Positions 9,771-21,633 of a DNA stretch of 64,000 nucleotides are shown here, one piece after another. The notes under the pieces are model-generated. The model made no database searches. It saw only the letters and a list, made by a program, of their open reading frames with translations, and was not told the DNA's origin. Location of the stretch: assembly GCA_963665235.2 (NCBI GenBank), contig CAXXLX010000002.1:288001-352000 (forward strand), read 5' to 3'. This stretch comes from Candidatus Poribacteria bacterium (GTDB lineage Bacteria > Poribacteria > WGA-4E > WGA-3G). Both the position numbers and the translations under genes were made by a program. Each line of letters opens with the position of its first letter. Positions within the stretch are counted from its first letter, which is position 1.

Positions 9771-12700
9771 TTTTCGGGTTGCAGTAAAATTTGGGGTGGA
9801 AAGCTGATAAAAATAGATACCGTTGGCAACGTGTTCGCCTATTGCGTTGCGTCCATCCCAATACGCGATATGTGCTCCCGCTTTTTGATGACCAAGCTGG
9901 TGCTGGTAAACACAACGCCCATGCACATCGTAGATGGATAGTGTGACAGGGGCCGCTTGGGAGAGTGAATACGGAATCCATGTTTCCGGGTTAAACGGAT
10001 TCGGGAAGTTTTGCGATAAGCGATTTTCATGTTGCCGCCACGCCGTGGAAAGCACATCCCCATTTTTCTGCATGGAAATTACGGATTGCTCAACGGCAAG
10101 GTTGGTTGCCTGTGAATGGGTGCGAAAGCTGCGAAGTTCATACAGGTCGGAAACGTAAACATCGGAATTCCCTAACGCTAAAGCGAATGGAAAGCGGAGC
10201 TGAGAAAAACGGGAAAGACGTTGCAGTGTGTCTGTATCAATTAGCTGAAGACTCTCACTATCAAGCAGGTAGAGAACGTTGCCATGGACAGCCGCATCAA
10301 TAGGGAGATGTGTATCAACATATTCCGCGCCCGGTATCGGTTCATGTGGATTGCTGATGTCATAGGTCAAAACAGTGTTGCGGAGGCCATCCAGAACGTA
10401 AGCCCGCTCGTTAGCGAGTGTAATGTTGGTAGCGATGCTTTCTGTTGCAAAATTATTGCCAATCGGTTGCGGCGTGGCAGGCTCCGTAATATCAAAGGGA
10501 TGAATGCCCCCCGCCAGTGCTGCAACATAGGCGTGTGAATCGTTGATTGCGATTCGGTAAGCACTTCCCCGTACGCTGCGTTGTGAGACGATTCCGTAGT
10601 TCTGTCCGGTGTCGACAACAATCAATCGGGTTGCACATAGATAGGCGTATCTGTCAATAAGTGCAATGTCGGAGACAGGGGTTGCTGTGGGAACATAGGC
10701 AATGGTGTCGCCTGTCAGTAGGTTAATGACGTGCATACCGCTTTCTGTCCCGACATATCCGATGTTATTTTCACCTCGGACACTCAGGGCATTGGGGGGA
10801 CTATTTTTGGAGACCCCCGTCAAGGGGATGTGCTGTGTCACGCTGCTTTTGGCAGGTTCGACTAAATTGAATTCAACGATTTTGAGTCCGGCGGTTCCGT
10901 TTGCGACCGCGACAGTTGTTTTATCGGCGGAATCGGTGAGGATATCAAGTCCATAAGGCGTGTCGCCTGCGTCATATCGGTGTATCCAATCGGGGGTGTG
11001 AGGTGTTGTAACATCAATTGTCTGAATGCCGCTGGTACCTGCGGCGAGATACACGTAAGTTGCGGTGTCCAAAGGTTTATAGAGTGCTACATCGGTAGCG
11101 TGCCCTGCGGTAAACTGTGAGGCGAGGAGGCGTGGGGTGTAGGGGGTTTGCACATCCACAATGTGGAGTCCCGCCTGCTCGTCAGCGAGATAGACTAGTC
11201 CCCTATCGAACAGTACGCCTGACACGCGGCCTGGCGTATTCAGCCGTGAAATAGTGTCCGGTGCCGAGGGGTCACGGACATCCACAATTTGGAACTCGCC
11301 AGTTGCGACGTAGGCGTAACGGGGCCCGATTTGAAAATCGAGTGAGACGACGGGGACGTTGCCATTCGGGTCAAATCCGCCAAGCGGATTGGTAGTCAAG
11401 ATTCGAAACCCGTGGCTGTTATCACTGATATAGACAATATCGTCTTTAACAGCAAGATGCTGTGGGGTGCCCGCGAGTGTCCAGATTCGACGGGGACGTG
11501 GGGTTTGCATTTGGTGTGCGTCCTTCTCGTCAAAGACCCAAAGTCCGCGCTGTGTACCGAGTGTGTAGAGTTTACCGTTGTTGACCTGTACGCGGCGGAC
11601 ATCCTGAAACCCCCCGAGCGTTTTGAGGAGACGCGGTTGCATCGGTAAATTCACATCGATGAGATGTACACCTGCCTCGCCATCTGCTACGTATACTGTC
11701 CCATCACGAAATGCGACCGCTTGGGCGTTTCCGGGGGTTGCGATTTCACCGACGCGTCTCGGTACGGGGGTTAGCGCGAAAATTTCTAAACCCCAGTCGC
11801 TTGCTGTATAAGCTATGTCTCCATGGATGACGATATCCTGATAGTTGCTACAGAGGTGGATTTGTGTGAGCGGCTCTAACCTAGTCCCCCCAGGGGGAAT
11901 CATACCCTGTTGAAAATCATTGGAAACCGCTGCGCTATTAGGGGCATAGGTTACCGTCTCCGGTAGTAGTTTTTCCAACGTCATCACATCAGGTGGCAGG
12001 AGTGTCGGCCCTTCGTTCTCCCCTTCATCGGTCCCCCGCTTTGCGACATAACTGAACGTTTGTGCATGGGGACTCGTGACGATTAAGACGATTTTGCCGG
12101 CACGGTTTAATCCTTCGGTTGAACCGATGGAAACCCGATAGGTGTAGATTTGCTCTGGCAAAGGCACTTCCCCTTCGTTTGCAAGGAGAATATCGAGAAT
12201 ATCGAGGGGGGACACACGCGGAACCGCTGTGAGGGTGGCAGGCGACCTATTCGGTGGCAAATATGCAATTTTGGCATGGAGTGGCAGCGGCGTAGATGTG
12301 TGCAGCGTAAGTTCCAACGTCTCGGGAAGATTTTCAAAAAGTATGTAGTGTGTTTCCCAATTGGCGATAGGGACACGAGTGCCTGTTTTCGGATAATTGA
12401 CAACGCGTTGGTAGCCTGTACCTCACTTTTCGGTTGGGTAAATTCTGATAGGACAGGTGCTGCCCATGGAGCGGATTGTTTAGGTAGTTTGCAAGCCCCC
12501 AGTCGAGAAAGACATCGGTGAACCTTCTGTTTTCGCCGAGTGTGATGTCAATGGCATGCTGTCCGAGCATATCTTCCGCTGCAAGTGCGCGAATAAACTG
12601 GACCCCGCCGTAGTTTTCATAGAGGTAGAGGATGAGCATAAATGCAGCACCGTAGTAGACATCGAGCGTATTGGCGGTTGTGAGGGATACGTTCGGGTTT

Positions 12701-13431
12701 TTGAGGTAGTTGTCAACGAATAAGGTGTGGACAGTGCCGTATACACCCCATTCAACGAAGGAGGCAATTCCTTCCTCTAACCACCGTTGGTCAACTGTGC
12801 CGCCATTTTGGTACCAGTTAACGAGGTGTGCAAATTCGTGCGCGAGGCTGCTATAGAAGGTTTGCCGGGCACGTTCCCGGAACTGAAAGATGTCCATAAA
12901 GAGTATATCGCGCCGATTACTGTTGGGAAGGGTTGGCTGTAGGTCAACAGGTGCAAAATAACCGCCGTAGTCGCGTCCAGAGGCATTCATACCGACATCA
13001 TGCATTAAAATAGTTATCCGATTGTCGCGGTCGAGGCCGGGTTGCGTTTCAGCCCCCATCCAATGCCGAACGCTTGGATATATCCGCGTGTCAAACGTTT
13101 TTGCAATAGCTGCCGCTTCAGCGTCGGTTATCATAGCACGTAGCGAATTTTCGACATAGATGTAGCAGTGTTGCCCGATGGCGATGCAAGTGGCTGTGAT
13201 AGACGTTTCCGGGATGTGAATAAAAAATCGGTCTATTTGTCCTAATAACGCAGGTGCTGCTGGTGCAAGAGGGGGTATGTCAACGTCTGCTTCGTTATTA
13301 TGATGCTCGTGTGCAATGAGCAGCGGGGTGCCGCACTGCCACGGTTCCGCGTGAAGGAGCGGGGCAGTCGTGAAAAGGATTAAACTGATTGTTAGTAGTA
13401 CTAAACTTTGGACAATTTTATGAGTTTGCAT
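9753..13431 (-). CDS. secreted Zn-metallopeptidase (HExxH, M30/InhA-like) + LVIVD repeats + FlgD-Ig C-terminal domain; one gene split by a frameshift near 12420
   Basis: Signal peptide, AHEFAH...WLEEG; the downstream frame stays open as TGYQRVVNYPKTG...ENLPETLEL into the 854-aa ORF; LVIVD repeats; NFPNPFNPETWIPY CTD. Confidence 0.8.
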
Positions 13432-13612
13432 TTGCGTTGTTTTCTATAAACATATCGCCTGTCTGGGGCTAGTTTGCGTTTTGTTTGCGTTTTCTATAAA
13501 CATAACGCCCATACTGGGCTAATACCAAATTAACGTTCTCTATATTAACCTAATCAGAAACCTATTTAGAATCTGAAACTCTTGCCAATTGCTAATTGCT
13601 AATCGCCATTTG

Positions 13613-15262
13613 CTACTCTACGATTTGGATTACCTGATTCGGTTTGACATTCGTACGTTTGTCCACAATACCGCTCGGCCAAACGACCTCAATTTTTTGA
13701 ATTATGCTGTCCTGTTTTATGCCGAAGGTGGGGTTCAATTCACTCTGTGAGCAGTAGCTTGAACCGGTTCTGACAGTGCGTGTCTGTGTGCCACTGGCGG
13801 TTGTCACTTGTATGCGTGCGCCGATGCCGTCGCGATTGCTTTTTTGTCCGAGAAGTTGGATTTTTATATAATTGTTTCGATTTCCGCCATCGTTTCGGAA
13901 GAGATGCGCTGGCCCGCCCGATGTTGTAAGCAGCAGGTCCAAATCGCCATCGTTGTCAATATCGCCGTAAGCTGCGCCTCTACCCACAAATTGTTTTGCC
14001 ATGTCTGGGCCCATCTTATCGAGAATGTCGGTGAATGTGCCGTTTGAATTGTTATGAAATAGGTGCGGCTGTTGTGCATAGGTGACTTCGTTTTGAATGG
14101 CGTTGATGTCAGTTTCAACGTGTCCGTTGGCGGTAAAGATGTCAAGTTTGCTGTCTAGGTCTACGTCAAAGAAGAAGCAAGCGAAAGTGAGTGTCAAAAG
14201 CGTTACGTTTCCTATTTGTGCGGCGGGTGCGTCGTCAATAAAGAAGTCGCCTTCGTTGTGATAGAGGTTGAGCATCTCATTTGAAAAGTTGCCGATAATT
14301 AGGCTCTCCCTGCCGCTGTGGTCGTAGTCGGCGGCATCGACCCCCATGGCACCGGTAGCGATGCCGCTTTCATTATAGGCAACGCCTGTTATCATTCCCA
14401 CCTCAATGAAAGTGCCATCGCCGTTGTTCTGATAGAGTTTATTTGGTTGCGTATCGTTCGCTTCAAAGATGTCCAGTAAACCGTCCATATTGTAATCTAG
14501 GATGCAAACCCCGAGGGATTTACTGGTGGGGTCACTGATGCCTGCTATCCGTGAGACATCGACAAAGGTGCCATTTCCACGATTTTTAAAGAGTTTACTC
14601 GCTTGCCCGGTATAAGATTCGGGGGTACAGTAGGATTTATTTATGCCATCGAGGGTGCAGAAGATGTCTGTCTCTCTGTGCCATTCGACGTAGTTGGCGA
14701 CGTATAGGTCGAGGTATCCGTCGGTGTCGTAATCGAACCATGCACAACTGGTGCCGAACCCGGTATTGTCAATGCCAGCTATTTCCGTAACGTCGGTGAA
14801 TCCATCCTCTCCGTTGTTTTGAAAGAGTCTATCAGCGTTGAGGCAGGTGATATAGATGTCGGTATCGCCATCGTTATCGTAATCTGCGACTGCGGTGCCC
14901 ATGCCGTAAAGCGGGACAGCAAGCCCTACTGCTTCGGTTACATCGGTGAAGGTGCCATCTTTGTTGTTGTGGTAGAGTGCCATGGTTTGTCGTTTTCCTG
15001 TTGGGTGCTCTGGCCAATCCTGTCCGTTGACGATAAGAATGTCCAACCAGCCATCTGTGTTATAGTCAATGAAGGCACAGCCTGAGCCCATCGTTTCAGG
15101 CAGATATTTTTTTCCATAAGCCCCTGTGTTATGGACAAAGTCTATCCCCGCTTGTTGGGTGATTTCGGTAAATTGGAGGTGGACTTGCCCTATGGACGTA
15201 TTCGCTGTCAGTAGGCAGTGTAGACAAAAGATGGTAAAAAAGCTAGATAGATGCGGTCTCAT
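13613..15262 (-). CDS. CRTAC1-like FG-GAP / ASPIC-UnbV domain protein
   Basis: Repeated DYDNDGDxD and NxGDGTF motifs; C-terminal SNRDGIGA...GSSYCSQ...FG. Confidence 0.9.
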   Translation of the reverse strand: MRPHLSSFFTIFCLHCLLTANTSIGQVHLQFTEITQQAGIDFVHNTGAYGKKYLPETMGSGCAFIDYNTDGWLDILIVNGQDWPEHPTGKRQTMALYHNNKDGTFTDVTEAVGLAVPLYGMGTAVADYDNDGDTDIYITCLNADRLFQNNGEDGFTDVTEIAGIDNTGFGTSCAWFDYDTDGYLDLYVANYVEWHRETDIFCTLDGINKSYCTPESYTGQASKLFKNRGNGTFVDVSRIAGISDPTSKSLGVCILDYNMDGLLDIFEANDTQPNKLYQNNGDGTFIEVGMITGVAYNESGIATGAMGVDAADYDHSGRESLIIGNFSNEMLNLYHNEGDFFIDDAPAAQIGNVTLLTLTFACFFFDVDLDSKLDIFTANGHVETDINAIQNEVTYAQQPHLFHNNSNGTFTDILDKMGPDMAKQFVGRGAAYGDIDNDGDLDLLLTTSGGPAHLFRNDGGNRNNYIKIQLLGQKSNRDGIGARIQVTTASGTQTRTVRTGSSYCSQSELNPTFGIKQDSIIQKIEVVWPSGIVDKRTNVKPNQVIQIVE

Positions 15263-15428
15263 AGTTATTAGCGATTTGGCTCATTGGCAATTAGCAATTA
15301 GCAATTAGCAAGATGTTGTGATTATAACACACAATATGACGAGCGTTAGAGGGTTTAAAATACCTCTCTTGCCAATAACCAATAGCCAGCGAAGCTATAG
15401 GTTTCCAACGGTTTCCAACATTCTACTA

Positions 15429-16124
15429 TTACCTTGCCTTGAGTGTTCCCCAGGTTGTTGTGAGTTTGTTTCGTGGCATGACGGGTCGCGCTTTTCCGGG
15501 CCCCCCGTTTGGGATATTTTCGCCTTTGATTGCTACGTCATCAAATCGGGCTTGTGCATTTTGAACAACAAGTCCGGCGAGTCCGCCTTTTAGCGGGTCA
15601 TCATCAATAACCGTGAAGACCTCCTCGTCAATCTGAAATAACAGGGTACCATCTTCCTGAACCGCGGCGGTCAGTTCGTACCATGTATCAAATTCTGATT
15701 CGAACCAGTATTTCCTAGAAGACCACCCGGCGGCCTGTGATTTGACAATTTCGACTGTATTCTCTACGTAATGAATAAAAAACAGGTATCGGTTATCTTC
15801 ATGTCCCCTATCGTGGAGCGTGAGTCCGATGCTTGGTTCGTCCTGCCTTTGTTCAACGAGTTTTGCTCGGCAGGAAAGGGTGTAATTTTCCCAAGTGAGT
15901 TCGCCTGTCATCCAGAGGCTCATAAACCCGGGGAGGAAGATTTCGCCGACAGCTTCGTTATTGTTAATCCACCATTTTTCGACCTGGCGGTCTAGGTTAA
16001 AGATTTCCCATTCTTGGGTGTTGTTGTCTTCGAAGTCGTCACGCCAGGTTCCTGCTAGGACACACGGATTGAGAATTGTGGCCATAAGGAGCGTTATGGC
16101 TATAAAAATTGTAAGGACTTTCAT
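15429..16124 (-). CDS. secreted jelly-roll (DUF1080/LamG-like) protein with C-terminal KLTTTWGTLK motif
   Basis: Signal peptide, WRDDFED, FDDVAI, terminal motif. Confidence 0.7.
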   Translation of the reverse strand: MKVLTIFIAITLLMATILNPCVLAGTWRDDFEDNNTQEWEIFNLDRQVEKWWINNNEAVGEIFLPGFMSLWMTGELTWENYTLSCRAKLVEQRQDEPSIGLTLHDRGHEDNRYLFFIHYVENTVEIVKSQAAGWSSRKYWFESEFDTWYELTAAVQEDGTLLFQIDEEVFTVIDDDPLKGGLAGLVVQNAQARFDDVAIKGENIPNGGPGKARPVMPRNKLTTTWGTLKAR

Positions 16125-16147
16125 GGGTTTTCCTTTCTTTGCACAAT

Positions 16148-19100
16148 CTAACAGATTATGCCATTGGAGTGAATTAAACAGTTTTGTGTCTCATCAGCAT
16201 AAGGGCAGAAAGGGCAGTGTTGTAGGTTTTTCTCGAGCTGCTGTTGCTGTAAGTCAGCGATGCGTTTCTGCCAACGTTGTGCGAGTTCCGCCATCTCCTG
16301 TAGGTGAAAAGAGGTGGTAAAACAGGTTTTTGTGCTGGTAAAAAAGAGATGGACGGTTACGGTTTTTTGTTTCGGATAAAGTTTGTGAAGTAGGATGCCG
16401 TAGAGTTCCATGAGGGGTCTATCCGCATTACCTTCTTCCACCCGGTGTTCCGTTTTGTAATTGATAATCTGCCAGTGTCCAGCTGCATCCTTAAAAAGCC
16501 TCGGAAGGTTTCCGGTGAGGATGTGTTCTCCTATTTGGACGTGAACTGTCCGTTCGGTATAGGTTTCCGCAGCAGCGAGTGCAGTTTTTCCGAGTTCAGA
16601 GATGAGGAAGTTATCCGCATGGGTGCGGAGAACAGTGCCATTGGGCAATTGATACTCTTGAGAGACCTTGCGAATAACTGCGTCGAGATTGCGTATAGCG
16701 GCAGGCGTTTTTATTTCTCGCAGGACGCGACGTACGACAAAATCCATGTCTATTTGATAGGGCAATTGGTCATTGGCAAATGGCTGTGTATCGGTCCCCT
16801 CGGTTTCAGCGGTTATCTCTTCGTCCGCGGGGACGTGCGGCGGGAGGCGCAGGACATGTTCCAAGTAGTATCGTAGTGAGCATTGAACATAGCTAGCAAG
16901 TTCATCAACAGAGAGGGACGTACCAATTACGGTGGGTTGCAAAACGTCTTTCGGTGCTGCAGGGAATTCAACTTCGGGTGAAAGAGATTCTTCAGAGTCA
17001 ATATCCTGTAGGGCTCGGTGTACCGGAATAGGAAGTTCAAACCTGTGGCTGCTTGTTTGGTTATTATGGAAGACCTCTAATTCGACATCGAAGTTCCGCG
17101 TCTGGTCGGTTTCATCGATGCCGAGGTGTGTATGGAGCCACTCAAATAGGTTTTGCGGTTTTCCGCTATGAGAGAGGGCCCCGGATAAGATAAGCCTATC
17201 CCGTGCGCGGGTTGCTCCGACGTAGAACAGCCTTTTAGTTTCGGCTTCCTCTTTGGCACTCTGACGATTTTTCATTTCAGCAACGACGTAGGGTTCATTT
17301 TTATCGTAATTCTCTGCGGGTTTATGTGTGCTGAAACCGATGCCGAATGTTTCATCGATGAAAGGGGGCTGCGTGTTTCTCGAGCCCCGGTCAAGGCATG
17401 GCAGGACGACGATGGGGAATTGTTTCCCTTTGGCAGCATGAATCGTCATAATTTGAACTGTCCCCCTGTCTGCATCAACGGGTGCCTCACTCTCGCGAAG
17501 CTCGTCCGTAATTAAGATGTCCAGAAATTTAATAAAATCTGATAGGGTTCGTGTGTTTTCATCTCTGTCGAAATTTCTGGCAATATCTAGGAGTTTTTGG
17601 TAGTTCGCCCAACGTTGCTGTCCCTTTTTGCCCGTTTTCAAGGTTGCAATCATGCCTGTTTCATTAACTACGGTTAGGATGAGTTGGTTTATTGGGATGT
17701 GTTGTGCAACCTGCATGTGGCGTTCTAGCGTGTCTATGGCGTTTTGGAGGTGCGTTGAGCGGGGGTGATAGTTCTGTGCTTTGTCCCAGAAATTGTTTGC
17801 TCCCTTCTCCTGTGAAATCTCGTAGAGTTCGTCGTCGGAAATACCGAAGGCGGGTCCGCGGAGGATTCCGATGAGCGATACGTGAGGGGTTGTTTCCACA
17901 CCGTGTGAAATTTCTTGTGCAGTATCAGAAATATCGTCTGACGTGTCTTTTCTGATTTGGACGAGGCGGTCTTTGTGTTTTGTCTGCGCGTCAAGGAACG
18001 TGAGATAGTTCATGATGTCATAGATTTCCTGACGTTGATAGAATCCGATGCCGCCCGTGGTGAGATACGGGATGTCTGCCTCATGAAGAGCGTTCTCAAT
18101 ATCAGGGAGATGCCTTCTGCTCCGGATGAGGATGGCGATGTCTCCGTACTGAATGTTCTGGGGGACTTCATTTCCATTTTCATCAGGTAGCCACACCTTC
18201 TCTTCTGCCGTTACCATTTTCTGGATTTTTCGTGCAATAAGCGTGTATTCGTTGGCTGTCTCGTCGTCCTTTGTTCCACAGAGGATTTCTACAGCACCGT
18301 TTGATTCGGCAGGTCGCGCTTTGGTAAGTGATTCGTAGGGGACCGCAAATTCAGTTTCGCTTCCCTCCCCCATTAGGCTTCCGAAGAAGTGGTTGACGAA
18401 TCCGAGCGTCCCGCGCAGTGAACGGAAATTCTCTTTGAGGGAGATAATTTCGCCGTCCTGCCGCTTTCAACCTTCTGTTTCGTTTTTTCGAACACGCGGA
18501 CATCGGCATTGCGAAACCCGTAAATGCTCTGTTTCGGGTCACCTACGATAAATAGATTTGCGGCTTTGAGGTTATCTGTAAGCAGCATTACTAACTCAAA
18601 CTGCAATTCGTTTGTATCCTGATATTCGTCTATCATGTAGTATTTGTATCGGTTTATCAATTTCTGTCGGATGTCTTCGTTTTGGGAGAGCAGGTCGCGC
18701 GTTTTCACCTGCAAGTCAGTGAAGTCGAGGTGTCCGGTGGAGAGTTTGGCAATTTGGTAAGCGTCGAAGATTCGGGTGTAAAGTGCCAACAGGTCTCGGG
18801 TGGTGCTGAGCAGCAATTCGTCATCTGCCCCTGTCCCTTCGATGTCCTTTATATTGCCTGCGGCGGTTTGTAGAAACTTGATTTCGGTTTCAAGATGCTC
18901 TGCTTTGGTCCGTGTGCCGAGGAAATTCGGTTTCGCAATGGTACCGCCTTTGGTTGTGATTAAAATTGCAATCTCTTTAAGTAGATTAAGCATCTCTGTC
19001 CGGTTGGGTTGCATCACCAGTTTTTGGGTTAAGGTGTTAACCTCTGCTGCATTTTTACCTGTAGCGACCTGCAAAACTGCTTTCAAACACGTTATCCATT

Positions 19101-19710
19101 CGTCAACGGGGTGCTGATTCCACAATGCATATATGTTTTCGTCGTTTTGTGTGTCATAAATTTCTCTGCTGAGTTTCGCGACGATGTCACGCCTTTCTAG
19201 GAGCGTGATAAAGAGCTCATCGAGTTTTTGACGGTTGCCGTAGTGTTGGAGTGCGCGGCGGAGTGTGTCGTGGTGGCTGTCCTGCGGGTCGGTTGCGATA
19301 TCCTTCAGGGTTTTCTGAAAGGTTTGTTGTAATAGGAGCCGCTTGTCTATGCCTTGCAATATGCTGAAGTTGGCGGGCACTTTGGCGAAAAAAGCGAATT
19401 CTCTCAAGATGCGCGAACAGAAGGCGTGAATCGTGGAAATGGGGGCTGTGTTCATCTCTTGTAGGAACTTTTCACGTTGTGCTGTATTTTCAATTTGACT
19501 GAGTCTTTCAATTACGCGTTCCTTCATCTCCGCTGCAGCTTTCTCTGTGAAGGTGATAGCGACAATCTGCTGGGGCTTAACGTTCCCCACTTGTAAAATT
19601 TTGAGGTAACGTTCGACCAGTACGGTGGTTTTTCCGGAGCCTGCACCTGCGGTAACGCTGATATGGCGATTAATATCGAGAGCCTGTTTTTGTTTCGGTG
19701 TAAGTTGCAT
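16148..19710 (-). CDS. AddA/UvrD-type helicase-nuclease; frameshift near 18460
   Basis: AGAGSGKT, ITFTEKAAAEM, STIHAF, IDEYQD, VGDPKQSIYGFR; shifted frame reads QDGEIISLKENFRS into the second ORF; MTIHAAKG, YVGATRA. Confidence 0.85.
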
Positions 19711-19742
19711 TTTGATTATTCCTACAAATTAACAAGTTTGTG

Positions 19743-20813
19743 CTATATTTCTGTTGGCAACGGGACAACGGCTTTCGGGGATACGGAAATACTAACGGTG
19801 TCGCCGGGTTTCTTTGTTTGTGTGCCGGGGTTATGGAGGACAGCTTTGAGTTTGAGCGTGTCGGCAATTCTGAGTTCGTATTCTTCGACCCGGCCTAAAT
19901 AGGTGACCGCATCGACTTTTGCTGTGAACTGATTCGGTGCTGGACTTTCGTTGAAGTGAATTGTCTCGGGGCGGATGGAACAGCGGACAGCTTGCCCAGG
20001 GGCGAATTCGTGATAGACGTTTTCGGACTGAAGGGTACCGATAGGCGTTTCAATTGTCACGCCGTTTTCGAGTGTTTTGATGTTGCCTTCGATAAAGTTC
20101 GTTTCGCCAACAAAGCCTGCAACAAAAGGGTCAGCGGGGTATTGATAAATCTCTCTGGGTGTGCCAACCTGAACGAAAACGCCATCTTTCATGATTGCCA
20201 TTCGGTCTGCCATGGAGATGGCTTCGCGTTGGTCGTGGGTTACATAGAGTGTTGTAATTTGGGTTCGGTTGTGTATGTCTTTGATTTCGTCTCGTAGGCT
20301 TTGTCGGAGTGCTGCGTCTAAATTGCTGAGCGGTTCGTCAAGGAGGAGGACGCTCGGTTCAATGACTAATGCGCGGGCAAGCGCGATACGCTGCTGCTGC
20401 CCACCAGAGAGGGTGTTGACGGGCCGGTCCCAGTATTCGGCCATCTGCACCATCTCAAGGACGGTGTTGATTTTTTGGTGACGCGTCGGTTTGTCAAGTT
20501 TGCGGAGTACGAGTCCGTACTCAACGTTTTCGGCGACGGTCATGTGTGGCCATAAGGCGTAGTTTTGAAAAACCATGCCGGTGTTACGCTGATGCGGGGG
20601 AACGTTGTTCATGACGGTATCGTCAAATCGGAGTTGCCCTGCATCGGGCCGATAAAATCCGGCTAGCACGCGGAGCAGGGTCGATTTTCCGCAGCCAGAG
20701 GGGCCAAGTAGGAAAAATAGCTCCCCAGGTGCGATTGATAAAGAGACATCATTAACTGCGACAGTGGTATCAAACGCTTTTGTAATTTGTGTTAATTCAA
20801 CCCCTACAGACAT
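19743..20813 (-). CDS. ABC transporter ATP-binding protein (PotA/FbpC-like, TOBE domain)
   Basis: GPSGCGKST, VFQNYALWPH, LSGGQQQR, LLLDEP, VTHDQ. Confidence 0.9.
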   Translation of the reverse strand: MSVGVELTQITKAFDTTVAVNDVSLSIAPGELFFLLGPSGCGKSTLLRVLAGFYRPDAGQLRFDDTVMNNVPPHQRNTGMVFQNYALWPHMTVAENVEYGLVLRKLDKPTRHQKINTVLEMVQMAEYWDRPVNTLSGGQQQRIALARALVIEPSVLLLDEPLSNLDAALRQSLRDEIKDIHNRTQITTLYVTHDQREAISMADRMAIMKDGVFVQVGTPREIYQYPADPFVAGFVGETNFIEGNIKTLENGVTIETPIGTLQSENVYHEFAPGQAVRCSIRPETIHFNESPAPNQFTAKVDAVTYLGRVEEYELRIADTLKLKAVLHNPGTQTKKPGDTVSISVSPKAVVPLPTEI

Positions 20814-20832
20814 GAATCATTGCCTCCCCGTC

Positions 20833-21633
20833 TCAAAGATTTTTGGCACATCGAAATCCGATAGTGCTGCCTGAAGTTAGATGGTACCAGCGGTCGGCGA
20901 CGCGTAGGTCTTCAGGACTTCCGCCCCATCCGCCGCCGCGCAAGATGCGAAAGTTTTCATTAGAGGGTGCCGAGTCTCTGCCGAAACGCGGGTTGTTCTG
21001 TGGGCTCACTTCATAAAATTGCCCGTTGTATTCGTCAAAACACCATTCCCAAACATTGCCAGCCATATCGTAAAGTTGGTATGCGTTGGGTGGAAAACTG
21101 CCGACCGGTGCTGTCCATCTCCATCCATCTAAGTCCCCGCCGAAGTTGGCATCGGCATGTGTTATGATGTCGCCGGTGGGGTATTTTTTTCCGTTGAGAT
21201 TTCCACGTGCGGCGTATTCCCATTCGGCTTCAGTGGGCAGTCGTTTGTTTGCCCAATTTGCGTAAGCCATCGCATCACGCCATGTTACATGTACGACGGG
21301 GGCCTCTGGCCGGTTGAATTTTGGGTCGTGCCACAGGGGTGGTTCGGGATATCCTGTTGCTGCGACGAATTGTTGATATCGGGCATTTGTTACCTCGTGA
21401 ATGTCTATGTAAAACGCGTCAATAAAGACGGTGTGAACGGGCCGCTCGTCAGCATCTCCTGTTTTTTCATCCGGATTTCCCATAAGAAAAGTGCCAGCGG
21501 GGATGAGTCGCATGTGTGCGCCATCTGTTAAGGAGATGTGTGTTTCTGCCGGTTTTGTGGGTGCAACGGTATCTTGTGAGGTGTCGGTGCACGCGCAAAG
21601 GAGGCAGGTGAGTAGGAGCATAAGACACTTCAT
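20833..21633 (-). CDS. FGE-sulfatase (SUMF1/EgtB) domain lipoprotein
   Basis: FLMG, EVTNARY, RLPTEAEWEYAARG, DMAGNVWEW, GFRCA. Confidence 0.9.
   Translation of the reverse strand: MKCLMLLLTCLLCACTDTSQDTVAPTKPAETHISLTDGAHMRLIPAGTFLMGNPDEKTGDADERPVHTVFIDAFYIDIHEVTNARYQQFVAATGYPEPPLWHDPKFNRPEAPVVHVTWRDAMAYANWANKRLPTEAEWEYAARGNLNGKKYPTGDIITHADANFGGDLDGWRWTAPVGSFPPNAYQLYDMAGNVWEWCFDEYNGQFYEVSPQNNPRFGRDSAPSNENFRILRGGGWGGSPEDLRVADRWYHLTSGSTIGFRCAKNL

Noticed and set aside
20833-21633. DGR target gene
   Set aside because: No reverse transcriptase or template repeat in the window
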